The notes: generated from the sequence alone by a model not told the origin. DNA of 64,000 nucleotides from Eledone cirrhosa (GCA_964016885.1 OZ024742.1:240746001-240810000), one strand, 5' to 3'. Shown: positions 1-14,256, counted from the first letter of the stretch. Numbers and translations are program-made.

Positions 1-43
1 TTTCCTGTATATGAGCGATCAATGGCCGGCTTTTTAAAAAAAC

Positions 44-72
<29 letters not shown>

Positions 73-75
<3 letters not shown>

Positions 76-162
76 GGTGTTCCCAAAAATGTATACATAC
101 TTTTATTACAGGCAATATTTATTAGAATTCTGTTGAAGTGTGTATACATTTTTTGGGACATC

Positions 163-165
<3 letters not shown>
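73..165. mobile_element. Tiny Tc1/mariner-type MITE
   Basis: ~28-bp imperfect terminal inverted repeats (catggtgttcccaaaaatgtatacatac / gtgtgtatacattttttgggacatcctg), followed by TA, within a (TA)n tract. Confidence 0.6.
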
Positions 166-221
<56 letters not shown>

Positions 222-222
<1 letters not shown>

Positions 223-436
223 GGATTGGCAAAATCGTTAGTACATCGGACAACGTGCTTTGCAGTATTCACTTACTGCCCTTTACATTCTGAGTTCAAA
301 TCCTGCCGAGGTTGGGTTTGTCTTTCATTCTTACAGGGTCGATAAAATAAAAAACCAGTCACGTGCAGGGGTCGATATAACTGACTTTCTTCTCCCCTTT
401 GCAATGTCGGGCATGTGCCAAAAGTAGAAATAATCA
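222..436 (+). mobile_element. tRNA-derived SINE (family S1), diverged copy
   Basis: B-box gagttcaaatcc, core ctttcattcttacagggtcgataaaat..accag and 3' gtgccaaaagtagaaa, shared with >15 copies in the window. Confidence 0.8.
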
Positions 437-479
437 TTAGAATAGTATCAGTAATGGAAAGACCAGTGGAAACATTGTT

Positions 480-1300
480 TTCTTGGTCAAATGTAATGCC
501 TTTCCTTGACACGAAACCTTGGATCAGCTACATGAATGTGACGGGGCGTTGTTATGATGCAGCGGCTAGGTTTGAAAGGTCTAGATATCCATTCTCTTGC
601 GCCAAATCGCATCATAAAGCCGACAGAAGACTTCCTGACAGTACTCCTTTCAAACTATCTGTCCATCTGGTGCGTATTCATGATGTACAACGCCTTGGTT
701 GTCGGAGAAAACAGTCCGCATCATGTTGATTTTGCTCCGCCTAATAGGGATTTTGGGGCCATGATGACGTTGGATGTTTCCACAGTGGTGAGCTTTGGTT
801 TCCGTGTCATCCTGTACACCCACATTTCATCTCCAGTTATCACAGATTTCACTAAAGCAAATCCTTGTTATCTAGCTCATTCTGCGCAACCACAACAAGA
901 CGAAGTTGTTTCCGAAAAAGCAGCTTGGGCACAAATTTCGCTGCCATTCTGTGTATGCTCAAATCCTCCTTTAAAATTTTATGTGAAGAATATTTACTGA
1001 TCCCAATATAGTCGCTCACTGAGTTATCGTTCTTCTATTTGCGTAACATCCATGACATTGTCTATAAACTTTCGAAATTGTGAATTATTTTCCCTTGTGT
1101 CACTCCTAGCTTTTGGCAGGCTTGATGCGATATTATACTTCACACGTTTCGTCATCAGAGGCAAAATGAAAATGCGACAAGTAAGTACTAAAGCATCACA
1201 CTATTTGGTTGTCTGAAATCGGCTTAGGCTTAGGTTTACAGCAAGCTAGCTAAAAACCATGCATGTAGCTGTTCTCTCTGTACTTTTGGATTCCCAGCTA
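480..1300 (-). pseudogene. Degraded mariner transposase
   Basis: Minus-strand manual translation gives AAKFVPKLL, VITGDEMWVY, TVFSDNQGVVHHEY and HHNNAPSH with stops and frameshifts. Confidence 0.8.
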
Positions 1301-1443
1301 TGACACTTTTGGCAATTATATTGTCTTTTCCGTTTATGAAAACATAAGGCCTCAAGAGTTATACATACACACCATAAATAATAATAATAATAAGAAGAAG
1401 AAGAATAAGAATAAGGGAAGAAGACGCACGAGGTGGTAGAAGG

Positions 1444-2125
1444 TCATGAAATCGCTCCCGTAAGTTTTTGATTTTTAACATATTTAAATCAATTGTGAAA
1501 TAACAATTCTTAGTACAAATGTTGCATAAACCACCGAATCAGGTCCCATAAAGTTTCGGATCCATATTATATTGTTGTATCGCTCAAATATTCAATTTTG
1601 TATTATATATTTTGTATTCAAAAAAAGAAAATGGTTATAAATGGGAAAAAAACACCCTCTGTCTACACTATATAGAACAGCCAAATAACAACAATTTCAC
1701 CAACACCAGAAACTTGATACACCACCTATCCCATCACACTAAATATAACAGCCAGATAACGGCAATTTCACCAGCATAATAATAATAATTACTATTATTA
1801 TTGTCTCAAATTTTAAAAATTGTTTAATTCCAATTTTACGGGAATATGTCGACACAAAATATAATAAAAATATATATTAAACACACGAACACAAACTCAT
1901 AGATACTACATATCAGTAACCACAACGCCACCGCTGACACCACCCCACCCCATCCATCATTGCTACCGCTATCCCATCGTCGCCGCCACCACTCCTTCAA
2001 TGCTACCACCACTATCCCCCTGTTAACTTGAGAGAGAAAGGGGAAGGTGGCGGTATCACTAGACAAGGGAGAGGCTAGCAAAAGATATAAATAGATTGAC
2101 TTAGTGACCTGGCCACCGGCCAAAC
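1444..2125. repeat. Unclassified dispersed repeat, copy 1 (diverged copy at ~8134-8620)
   Basis: Both copies begin aatcgctcccgtaagtttttgattttt, have a CAC-rich middle and end gatataaataga..ttagtgacc. Confidence 0.7.
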
Positions 2126-2164
2126 GTCAACATCAACAACTATGGGACTGCTGATAATAACAAT

Positions 2165-5100
2165 TTAAAAAAACAACAAAAAGAAAACCCCGTGACCAAG
2201 AAATACCGGGATGGCGGCTGGCGGGGAATAGCCGTGTCTCTAGGGGAGAACGACCCCTCTAGTCTTGGTTGACACTCGTTCTAGAAGTGGTAACACGAAA
2301 TGATTACCCCTTGGCGGATAAGGATAAAACGCGACAAAATAAAGTAAATGTCTAATGATAAAATCTCATACCGGATCGGCCGTCACCCGGGTAAAAAAGG
2401 GCCGCGTCCCTCAGAGAGGAACCAGACTGGGGTCGAAAAATCAGCTAATGGTTCAAACCTTCCCATCACTTCGGAACTGGAGACCTCCCATAACTGGAAT
2501 ACTCCTACTGTTGGCCCTCCATGCTCACCACCAAGAAATCCAAAGAAAAAGAGAGAAAAATGGTCAAGGGAAGATAATAAAGAAGTCCTTGAGGCTTTCT
2601 ACACTGCCATGTACTACCCATCAAATACATCGAATACAGAACAGACATATATCAACTGGAAAAAGAAACATCCCGAAAACAGAGGTTATATTGACAGTAA
2701 CAAACTAGCCAATATACGAAGAAATATTGTAAGAAAAAAGTTACTAACTGATATAGAAATTGATCAGATCAAGCTATTAGCACAAAGTCAGCGAGGGGAA
2801 AATGAAACATGTGTCAGTGAAAACGAGGTAAACTGTAACACTTCGAACCCCAGGGTTGGGGCGGAATCACTGGCAACAGAACAAATTAAAGAAAGGATCG
2901 AAAAAGAGGAGGGAGTGCATGCTCAGGATGAAACTCCAAATGAAAATAATGAGATCGTAAATGATAAAGAAATGAATGAGAATGAACATGCCAACTTGAA
3001 GGATGAAATTATGTTCGAATGGATGAAAATGAAAGAATCTGACATGGGGCAACGAGACACCCTCCCTAAGATCCAGAACTTCAAACAGAACCAAAAGATA
3101 ATACACAAGACTAACATAATTCTCAAAAACATTATCATCACAAACAAACTAAACATTACTGATTTAAATCATCTCTATTATGCATCGGCTAAAGTCACCA
3201 CTCACTTATGTGGAGTGAAGATGAAAAAACAAAGGAATTCAAACAAGAAATCTACTTGGCAAGAGAACATCAATCGCCAAATAAACCTTCTCCGATCTGA
3301 CATAGAAATTTTAACAAACTATAAAGTAGGTGAACATGTTAAACAAACTAAACTTAGAAAATTGAAAAAAAAGTACAGTATAAAATCAACATGTGACATA
3401 GACATGCTGATAGAAATAATCAAGCAAAAAGTGTCGGCCAAAGCTTTGAAAAACGATCTAGATTCTATAAGGACAATAATATGTTCAAAAACAACCAAAG
3501 AAACTTCTACAGAAAAATTGGTAAGTCAACAATAACTGCTAAATCAATACCACCCAAGGAGGAAGTGCAAGAATTCTGGGAAAAGATCTGGGCCGAAGAA
3601 AAAGTTCATAACATACATGCCCCATGGATAGACAGACAAATGAAAGATACAGCTCACCTTGAGGAACAAACATGGGAAAATATAACAGTTGAACAGTTGC
3701 GCTTGGCTCTAAGAAAAACCAGCAAATGGAAATCCCCAGGAAAAGACAAAATACAAAACTTTTGGATAAATGTCTTCACAGAGTCTCATGAGCTGTTAGC
3801 CCAACTTTACAATGAAATAGTTAAGGAGCCAGAAAAGATACCATCATGGCTAGTTAACAGCATTACATTCCTGCTTCCGAAGAATGATGAGACAAACAAT
3901 CCCAAAAATTACAGACCGATAACTTGCTTGACCACAATGTATAAAATGTTAACATCAGTCCTAACTGAATACACATATGACCACCTGATAACAAATGACC
4001 TATTTCCCATTGAGCAGAAAGGGTGTAAACGAGGCTCATATGGCTGTAAGGATCAGCTTCTGGTTAACAAAATGATACTGGAAGATTGTCATAATAGACA
4101 CAAAAATCTATCGATTGCTTGGATAGATTATAAAAAAGCATTCGATAGTTTGCCACACAGTTGGATTGAAAAATGTTTAGAGATTTTCAAAATATCCCCC
4201 GTTGTCAGGAGGTTTTTGTCATTCAGTATGAAGACATGGAAAACGACACTCCTTTTGAATAGTGAAACAAAATCACTGGAAGCTGGAGAAGTTAATATTA
4301 ATTGTGGAATTTTTCAGGGTGACTCTTTATCACCGCTTTTATTCTGCATCGCACTTATACCATTAAGTAAAATGCTCAATGAAACAAAACATGGATATAA
4401 AGTCTATGACAAAACCATTAATCACCTGTTCTACATGGATGACCTGAAACTATTTGAAAAAAATGATGAACAATTGCAAGGGCTATTATCCACTGTGAAG
4501 CAGTTCAGTGATGACATTAAAATGGAGTTTGGACTAGATAAATGCGCCAAAGCAACGTTCACCAGAGGAAAGCTGCTGAAGAGTTCAGACATTAATCTTG
4601 ATCGGGGGAACGTGATAAGAGAACTTGATCAAGAAAAAACTTACAAATATCTAGGTGTTTGTGAAGGAGACGGAATCAAGCACTCGACAATGAGGGAAAG
4701 GATAAGGAAGGAATGTTACCGCAGAGTAAGAGCAATCTTAAGAACGGAATTGAATGCAAGGAATAGGGTCGATGCCATAAACACGCTTGCCATACCAGTA
4801 GTAACCTACAGTTACAATGTCATCAACTGGTCAAGCACAGAGATCCGTAGGCTCGATACAAAAATTCGAAAATTCTTAACCATGCACAGAATGCATCACC
4901 CTAAGGCAGATATAGATAGAATATATCTCCTAGGAAAGAAGGAGGACGTGGGTTAATCCAGTTAGACATTGCGTTGAAAACTGCAACAATTGGATTATCT
5001 ACATATCTAAGGGAATCACATGATTGGATGATCAAACTCGTTTTGAAACACGAAAGCATCAAAAGATCATATTCCATTACACAAGATGCACAAAGATACA

Positions 5101-6150
5101 GTAATGGACTACAAATTTCAGAAGTCCCATTTATTGCTGAAATGGAAAACACAGAAAAAGCAAAGCAGGTAAAAGTAACTGCAAAGAAAGAACTGCTACA
5201 GAAACTGGCTAAGAAATGGCAAGAAAAGCCTCTGTATGGAAAATACCCAGAGCGAGCTAACAATCCTGATGTTGACAAAACTTTAACCCATCAGTGGTTG
5301 GCATCCTCTGGACTGAAATCGGAGACTGAAGGACTGATTATATCGGCACAAGATCAGTGTCTGCCAACAAAAAATTACCAAGCCAACATAATAAAAAATG
5401 GGTGCAGCCCATTATGCCGTGTATGCAAAAAACAACCAGAGACCATTGACCATATAATTTCAATGTGCAGTCCTATAGCTCCAACCGAATACCTAAACAG
5501 GCATGACAGAGCTGCACAATACATACATTGGATAATGTGTAAGCATTTTGACCTGCCCCATCAAAAGAATTGGTGGGAGCATCAACCACCTCCCACACTT
5601 GAAAAAGATCACATCTCAATCTTGTGGAACTTTAGCATCCAAACAGACCGAAAAATAGATGCAAATAGACCTGATATAATATTGAAGGACTTTCAAAAGA
5701 GGGTATGCCTGCTAATTGATATGTCTGTTCCAATAGACAAGAATGTATCTATAAAAACATTTGAAAAATTGAGCAAGTATAAGGACCTGGAGATAGAAAT
5801 TGGAAAAATGTGGAAATTGAGAACTAAAACAATACCAGTGGTTGTAGGCGCTCTGGGAATGATACCTAAGGGGTCTAATGACTACTTATCGCAAATCCCA
5901 GGAAACCCGCGTATAGGAGAAATACAAAAGATAGTACTAATGGGAACTGCCCATATACTAAGGAAGATTCTGTCAATATAAGTACATCACAAGTCTAAAC
6001 ACTAAAGATGCATGTGTGAATATGTATGTTCTTTCTTGAACATGGCGGACCTTGTTGTCTCTTGAGGTCACTGGTTGTGACTTGGTGATAACTCGTATGA
6101 ACATAAAGCAAGATAAATGCAACTGTAATAATAATAATAATAATAATAAT
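2165..6150 (+). mobile_element. Near full-length R4/Dong-clade non-LTR retrotransposon (copy 1) ending in (TAA)n
   Basis: RT plus restriction-like endonuclease ORF, short 3' UTR and a taataataa tail at ~6127-6150; the 5' boundary is approximate. Confidence 0.9.
2348..5981 (+). pseudogene. R4/Dong RT-RLE polyprotein, two frameshifts (~3450 and ~4930)
   Basis: WKSPGKD, NYRPITCL, WIDYKKAFDS, GIFQGDSLSP, LFYMDDLK, YKYLG, CCHC finger CRVCKKQPETIDHIISMC, RHD, RPDIIL..D, K..KYKDL across three ORFs. Confidence 0.92.
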
Positions 6151-8125
6151 TAAGGGGCAACCCAAAAAACTAATCAACTGGAAATCACCAGGCCCAGATG
6201 GTGTGCAGGGGTATTGGATTAAAAATATAACATCCCTCCACCCAAAACTGACAACCATGTTCAATGACTGCTTGATGTCAGGTGAGGTACCAGAGTGGTT
6301 GACAAAAGGTACCACAGTTCTGGTAATGAAAGACCGAATCAAGGGTAATGATGTTACCAACTATAGACCTATCACATGTCTGTCCGTAATGCAGATAACA
6401 TCAGACAGTTGTTAGGCAAAAGTATGAAGTCCTGGAAAACAGAGTTAACATCAGCTGGAGAATCCCTTGGAGGCGTGAAAATCAAGAGAGGTATCTTCCA
6501 TGGAGATAGTCTGTCTCCTCTGTTGTTTGTCCTTGCCCTGATGCCCCTGACCATTATACTGCGAAAAGTGAGAGCAGGATACAGGTTGGGAAATGGAGGG
6601 CTTACCATCAATCACCTCCTCTTCATGGACGATCTTAAGCTCTTCGGGAAGAGTGAGAAGGAGTTGGATGTACTTGTTGACACTGTCCGTATTTTCAGCA
6701 ATGATATATGTATGCAATTTGGTATTAGTAAGTGTGGAGTCCTTGTGATGAAGAGGGGTAAATTGAGCAGAAGCAACGGAATCCAGGTACCAACTGATGA
6801 GATGATAAAGGAAATTGACACTGAAGAAGGATACAAGTATTTGGGTGTTCTGGAGGCTGATGACATCAAGAACAAAAAAATGAAGGAATTGATAAGATCT
6901 GAATACATTCAGAGAGTAAGGAGCGTATTAAAGTCACATCTGAACAGTAGGAATGCCATAAGTGCAGTAAATTCCCGAGCTGTGTCTATTATTAGGTACA
7001 GTGCGGGAATTCTGAGATGGAATGTTGCTGAACAAAAAGAAATGGATAGGAAGACTAGGAAGCTATTGACTATCTACAACACGTTCCACAAGAGGAGTGA
7101 TGTCGATAGACTCTACTTAAGGAGATCTGAAGGTGGAAGAGGTCTTATCAGCATAGAGGACTGTGTTCAGATGGAGAAAAACAACCTACACAAATACGTG
7201 ACCGATAGTAAGGAGCCAATGCTCAGAATTGTACTGAAGGAGAGGACAATAGACCAGGGATGTCCAAGGAGGAAATAATAACAAGGAGAAAGAGCAGCCT
7301 TCATGAAAAATCCCTTCATAGTACCTTCTTTGAGAAAACTGAATTCAGAGATCCACAGACATGGAACTGGTTGAAAAGAGGAGACCTTAAAAAGGCTACA
7401 ACAGAAGGAATGTTAATGGCTGCGCAAGAGCAGGCCCTCAAAACGAAGTGGTTGAAACACCATATTTACAAGGAGGAGGCTAGCCCACTGTGCAGGATCT
7501 GTGGAGAGAGAGAGGAGACTGTGGCTCACATTGTATCCGAGTGTAAACACCTAGCCCAGACTCACTATAAGGGCTGGAGACATGATGTGATGAGCAGCGT
7601 GATCCACTGGCACCTATGCAAAGAAAACAATTTACCACATTCTGAGAAGTGGTATGAGCATAAGCCAGAGGCGGTGATAGAAAACGATCAGGTCAAGGTG
7701 CTGTGGGATTTTAGGATACAGACGGACAAGAAACTGGAACACAATAGACCTGACCTGGTGGTTTTGGACAAAGAAAAAAGATCGTGCCTGATTGTGGATG
7801 TGGCCTGCCCATTCGACACGAGAGTGCAAGAGAAGAGGGAGAAAATTAACTGCCGATACCAGGACTTAAAGTGGGAGGTAAAAAGGATTTGGAACTGCCA
7901 TGAAGTCAAAGGCACACTAGGTATTATCTCAAAGAGTTTCCAGGGATGGTTAAAGAAAATTGGCTCCGTCCCGCTTTTTGGAACACTTCAGAAGGTATGC
8001 TTGCTGGGAACAGCAAGAACCCTCCGATACGTCCTGAATATCTGAGGCTGCAGGTAGTGGCTTGATATTCATTTCAACAAACTTTCCAGTTAACCAACAT
8101 CAATGACTGAGACTCAAAGAACAAC
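6151..8125 (+). mobile_element. 5'-truncated R4/Dong-clade element (copy 2, different family from copy 1), internally deleted and frameshifted
   Basis: GDSLSP, FMDDLK, YKYLG, CRICGEREETVAHIVSEC, RHD, RPDLVV; ~256-bp deletion at ~6391 relative to copy 3. Confidence 0.9.
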
Positions 8126-8133
8126 ATAGAGTG

Positions 8134-8620
8134 TTATGGAATCGCTCCCGTAAGTTTTTGATTTTTTACATATTTAAAACAATTGTGATAGTATAATTCT
8201 TATTACAAATGGAACATAAGATATCAGTCTTATCTCTCAGGAAGTGACAACGCATCACATTATGGCATAGGGCTCCAATATTTAATATTTAATTTTGTAT
8301 CAGAAATTTTATAGTCAGAAAAGAAAATGGCTAAAAAACAACAGCCAAATAACTTCCCCACCAACACCACCACCGCCGCTGCCACCATCACCACTACCAC
8401 AAAAAATCTAGCCAAATACAAATACAAACCAGCACCATCCCTATAGTACTACTATCCCATCACCACCGCCACCACTGCATCATCGCTACCACCACTATTC
8501 CCTCTCTACCTCCTGTTAAGAGAGGGATGGTAGTAGTGCCGCTACACATGAAAAGAAGCGAGAAAGGTATCAAAAGATATAAATAGACTGGGTTAGTGAC
8601 CCGGTCAAGCAGCTAACAAC
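8134..8620. repeat. Unclassified dispersed repeat, copy 2
   Basis: Colinear similarity to 1444-2125. Confidence 0.7.
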
Positions 8621-9104
8621 AATAACAACACCAAAATAATTATTGTTGTTGTATCTCTAAACTCTCTCAAAATGTTCAGTTTAAACGATGTCAAATCTAA
8701 ACTATAATATAATAATAATCATTGTTTCTGCTTTTGGCACGAGCCAGCAATTGTCCCGGTGTGTTGCTGGTGCTTTGTTTTGTCGGCCCCGTAAGGATGA
8801 AAAGCAAAAAAATAATGATAAGCAACAAGTCGAAAAATTATAGAGCAGAACACAGACAGAAGCAAACACAACAACAAACACAAATTTCAAAAGTTTTGAA
8901 CGCAACAACCCCTACTTCCCTTAGCAGCAGCAGCAGTAGCAGCAACAACAACACTAGTAACCGATGTTACTGGCCATGAAAAACGAAAAACGCAAAGGAA
9001 AAACAAACAAACAAAAAAAACTAAGTCAGACATTCAAACATTACAATGAAACTCATGTTTATTTTTTAAGTTTTTATCTATTTATTTGATTATTTATTTA
9101 TGTT

Positions 9105-11352
9105 CATCTACAGCGTGATGGTGCCACGCTAAAATCACCGGAGGTGATGAAATCACTGGGGGTGGTGAAATCACCGGTGGTTATGTAACCATACACTCAC
9201 CAATCCTCGATAAGAGTGTTTAAATGTCGAACCTAAACAGTTCGAATAACGGTGAAGAGGAGACTGGAACGTCACGTGAAAGACTCTCACCCAGCAAGTG
9301 CTCCCTGGCCCAGCAGCAGGGACCTGGCTGTCATCCAAATACTGCTGGTGTTGGAGGAAGAAGAAGAAGGAAAGGTACAAGAACCAACTGGACGAAAGAA
9401 TTGAATAGAACTGTCATGGAATTTTACCTGAAGAGTAACGCCATGGAAAAAGGCTATAGGAAACGGATGCATAACATCTGGAACGAGATTGGTCTATTTA
9501 AATTAGATGAACAAAAATTGGCCGGGCAGGCTCGGGTAATAAGAACTAATGGATGGATAAGCGAGTTGGAACTGGAGGAACTGAGCAGAGAGATTAAGTT
9601 GGAAATGGAGAGTGGAGTATGTCAGGCAAACGAGCCAGTGGGAAATGAAAGTGAAGAGGTTGAGAGACCTGAGGAAGCATCCGAAGCAGACAATGATCTG
9701 AATGCTGAAATAAATAACATCTGGAACAAAGATACGGCCATTGAGGAAATGAATGCTGGCGGGCTAGGACAAGATTTGGTTGATATCCTGAACTTAGTGG
9801 TAGATGAAATGAACAATGATAGTGGAAAATCTATGAACCTAAGATTTGTAGACAGGAAAAAGTTAAAAGAAACACCAGCCAAGGTAAACAAAGTCATGCC
9901 ATACCTTGAGGCAAGGAACCTTCACCAATGCAACAATATCCTCAAAGCAACAACAAACGCGGTGAGGAAATGACTTGGCATAAAAACGAGAGGAAACAAC
10001 AAACAACAAAGATCAGAACCTTGGTGGAAGAAACGACTGAATGGTCAAATCAAGGAAATGAGAAAAGACGTTGGAAAGCTTGATTGGGACATTACAAAAC
10101 ATAGACACTAAAATTAGATTGGAAATAAAGTACAAAACTAGGGGAAAAAAGCTAAATATTATCATAGAGGAACTGAAGCAACGCATTGTAGCAAAAAGTG
10201 CAAAGATTAGGCGGTATGAGGGCAGAGTCAGTCAGTATAGTCTGAACCGCATGTTTGATAACAACCAGAAGATGTTGTTTGGACAGCTTGAAGGGAAAGA
10301 AAGAGGCAGCGACTTGATCCCTTGGCGGAACAGACTAAGACATTCTGGAGAGGAATATGGGAGCAGGATGTTAAACATAATGATCAGGCAGTGTCGATTG
10401 AGACAGTACAAAAGGAGATTAGTGAAGAGGCACACCAACAAACTGATTTGAGTATCACAGTTGAAACTCTTAAGGGGCAGGCCAAAAAACTAACCAACTG
10501 GAAATCACCAGGCCCAGATGGTGTGCAGGGGTATTGGATTAAAAATATAACATCCCTCCACCCGAAACTGACAACCATGTTCAATGACTGCTTGATGCCA
10601 GGTGAGGTACCAGAGTGGTTGACAAAAGGTACCACAGTTCTGGTAATGAAAGACCGAATCAAGGGTAATGATGTTACCAACTGTAGACCTATCACATGTC
10701 TGTCCGTAATGTGGAAACTGTTAACAAGCATTGTGTCTGAGGAAATCTACCATCACCTCCACATAAACAACTTGTTACCGGACGAACAGAAAGGATACCG
10801 AAAGAAGTCCCGTGGTACAAAAGACCAGTTACTTATTGATAAGATGGTAATGAGGAATTGCAAGAGGAGACACACTGGTCTTGCCATGGGCTGGATAGAT
10901 TACAAAAAGGCATTCGACATGGTACCTCATTCTTGGATAACCAAAAGCCTAGAGATCTTCAAGGTGGCAGATAACATCAGACAGTTGTTGTATGAAGTCC
11001 TGGGAAACAGAGTTGACACCGGGTGGAGAATCCTTGGGAGGCGTGAAGATCAAGAGAGATATCTTCCAGGGAGATAGTTTGTCCCCCCTGCTGTTTGTCC
11101 TTGCCCTGATACCCCTGACCGTTATATTGCGAAAAGTGAGAGCAGGATACAAGTTGGGGAAAATAGAGCTTACCATCAACCACCTCTACTTCATGGACGA
11201 TCTTAAATTCTTTGGGAAGAGTGAGAAGGAGTTGGATGTGCTTGTTGACACTGTTCGTATTTTCAGCAATGATATGTATGGTATTAATAAGTGTGTAGTC
11301 GTAGTGATGAAGAGGGGTAAATTTCTGATACAATTGATGAAGAGGGGTAAAT
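9105..11352 (+). mobile_element. 3'-truncated R4/Dong-clade element (copy 3, same family as copy 2)
   Basis: N-terminal ORF 9224-9973, then WKSPGPDG, WIDYKKAFD, FQGDSLSP, YFMDDLK; near-identical to 6151-6760; three 18-bp tandem units (aaatcaccggaggtgatg-like) at ~9133-9185. Confidence 0.88.
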
Positions 11353-12135
11353 TCCACGGGCGAAAGTGTAAGGGAGATAACTGCGAAAATCCGAAATGTA
11401 GTTCGAGTTGATAAGAAAATTAGGATGCTGTTGTTATTCAATCCTGAGCTTTGTAGTTATGTAAGATGTGTTTCCAGACATGTGGACAACTTGTGAAGAT
11501 TTTATTTTTGAGTTTAGGCAATCGCTATTGCGTAATCTTCTTAGAATATTTATCCGTTCATCAATACACAGTCCACAAGACGGATTTCCCCTTGCGCATG
11601 GCTTGGACATAGTGATGGCTTTCCATTGAATGGAGTAGTATATACTTGAGTCCTTGAGGGACCACACGTGGCTCGCGAGTTTCGTGGATGATCGTTTGCC
11701 CGGGAACCTAAAGGTCGACTAATGGTTCAGGAAGCGTTCCTTAAATCGACCTTCCGCCATACCCACATAGGTTTGACCTCCTATGGTTCATTTGGTCGGT
11801 TGGAAGTGACCACAGTTTCATAAATTACAGCGGGTGTTTTGCATTGCTGTTGAAGGGGACAAGCTTCAGGCTTTCGGCAAGAGCACCCTGTGATCACTTC
11901 CAACTGTCGTCACTTTCGCCCGTGGCATCTTATCGCTTGGGTGAAGTGACCGTTTCTGCGCCTGTGCGTTCATGCGGTTATTCTTCCTATGCCGTATAAC
12001 TATGACTAGTCCGAGCTGAAGATCCGGTAAGGTGAAACAATTTTTCTCGGTGAACTAACTGTTGTGTTACCACTTCTACCTAACTCGTCCCATAGACTGA
12101 GTGCTCTACCACTACGGATATTACCTTCCAGTGTT
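11353..12135 (-). mobile_element. Penelope-like element remnant: CxC-type GIY-YIG endonuclease (minus strand) fused to an inverted 3' end with a hammerhead (plus strand)
   Basis: Minus strand reads CSCRKPEACPLQQQCKTPAVIY..YVGMAEGRFKERFLNH..VWSLK..W..CGLC..LN; inverted match ccacgggcgaaagtg (11354) / cactttcgcccgtgg (11911). Confidence 0.8.
12011..12050 (+). ncRNA. Type I minimal hammerhead ribozyme motif
   Basis: ccgag CTGAAGA t-cc-ggtaa-gg-t GAAA caattt TT ctcgg; stem I is ccgag/ctcgg. Confidence 0.7.
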
Positions 12136-12155
12136 CTCTCTATCTCTCTCTCTCG

Positions 12156-12855
<700 letters not shown>

Positions 12856-12859
12856 ATAT

Positions 12860-12928
<69 letters not shown>

Positions 12929-12932
<4 letters not shown>

Positions 12933-13058
12933 CGAAGGAAGTGTGGTAAGGAACCAGGTTGACCATAACGCACCAGAGTACTCGATACTTTGGGTAGTAG
13001 AGTGGGTAATAGCCGTCGAAACGGCTTGAGCTCTGCCGTCAGGGTCCTGACCCTTTTC

Positions 13059-13060
<2 letters not shown>
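12929..13060. mobile_element. (TA)n-embedded mini-element, family A
   Basis: aacgaagg..gtggtaaggaaccagg..gaccataacgcacc..gagtgggtaatag joined to an inverted gccgtcgaaacggcttgagctc arm; 7 copies in the window. Confidence 0.8.
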
Positions 13061-13145
<85 letters not shown>

Positions 13146-13479
13146 AATATACATTAAAACAACAACAGAAGGCCGGACTGGAAAATTTATTTTACAATTT
13201 TAATTCCGCAAAAGCCTTAGCTCTATCGATGGTCTAGCTCTATCAACCGATTATGATGTAAGACAAGGCGATTTCATCAGGTGTTACTTGCAGAATTTTG
13301 TAACAGGATTACGTTGAATTCAAACAGAATAGAAGATAGAAGATTAAAAAGAATAGAAAAGAGAAAATAGGAAATAGTGGACTGATTCGATTCGGGGACA
13401 GTCTGGTAATTTGGTGTTATTAGCATGCTGTCGTCCCCAATAGAATCAGCCGACTTTTTTCTAATTTCTATTTTGAATT

Positions 13480-13730
13480 TCTTATCTGAAAACGTGTGTT
13501 GAAACAGATATTGTTATACTTTGGGAGGGTCATGCTGCCTATAAACGCACACGTACCTGTTGTATTCACTTCAATTTATTATAAGTTTCCAGTTGGTTGG
13601 TTGGTTCGATATAACCGGAAGGTTGTTTATATAATGTCAAAGCTCTTTCGTCACATATTATGTGACCTCCTCAGTGACTGGGTTTTTATTTTGTCCTTCT
13701 CCTTTGTTCTGTCATACACGATCTTGTGTA
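13480..13730 (-). mobile_element. Diverged PLE 3'-end fragment with hammerhead (~13636-13679)
   Basis: Minus strand gtca CTGAGGA g-gtcacat-aat-atgtgac GAAA gagc TT tgac; shares gatattgttatactttgggagggtcatg with 12312 and 35928. Confidence 0.7.
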
Positions 13731-14086
13731 CGTATATATATGTATATATATATGTATATACATATATACAAATATATATATATGTATACATATAAATAAC
13801 ATCCATATCATTTATTGATACACACACATACATATGAACAAAGACCCCCCCACACACACGCACACGCATACACGCACACGCATACACGCACACGCACACA
13901 TGCGTACACACACACATATACATATATACTTTTATTAGATATATTTGATAGATAATTATATTGATGCGTGTATTTATCTGTAAAAACATGTATTTACACA
14001 CAATCGTACACTATTATTAAATTTCAAACTCACACACTCACACATGTATATATGCATATATATATATATGTACATGTGTAGATGAA

Positions 14087-14140
<54 letters not shown>

Positions 14141-14151
14141 TGTATAGATGA

Positions 14152-14256
<105 letters not shown>

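Noticed and set aside
554-1000. 148-aa plus-strand ORF
   Set aside because: Antisense to a degraded mariner transposase; no independent coding signal
13190-13285. CTGATGA on the minus strand as a hammerhead
   Set aside because: No clean GAAA/stem III/stem I arrangement could be fitted
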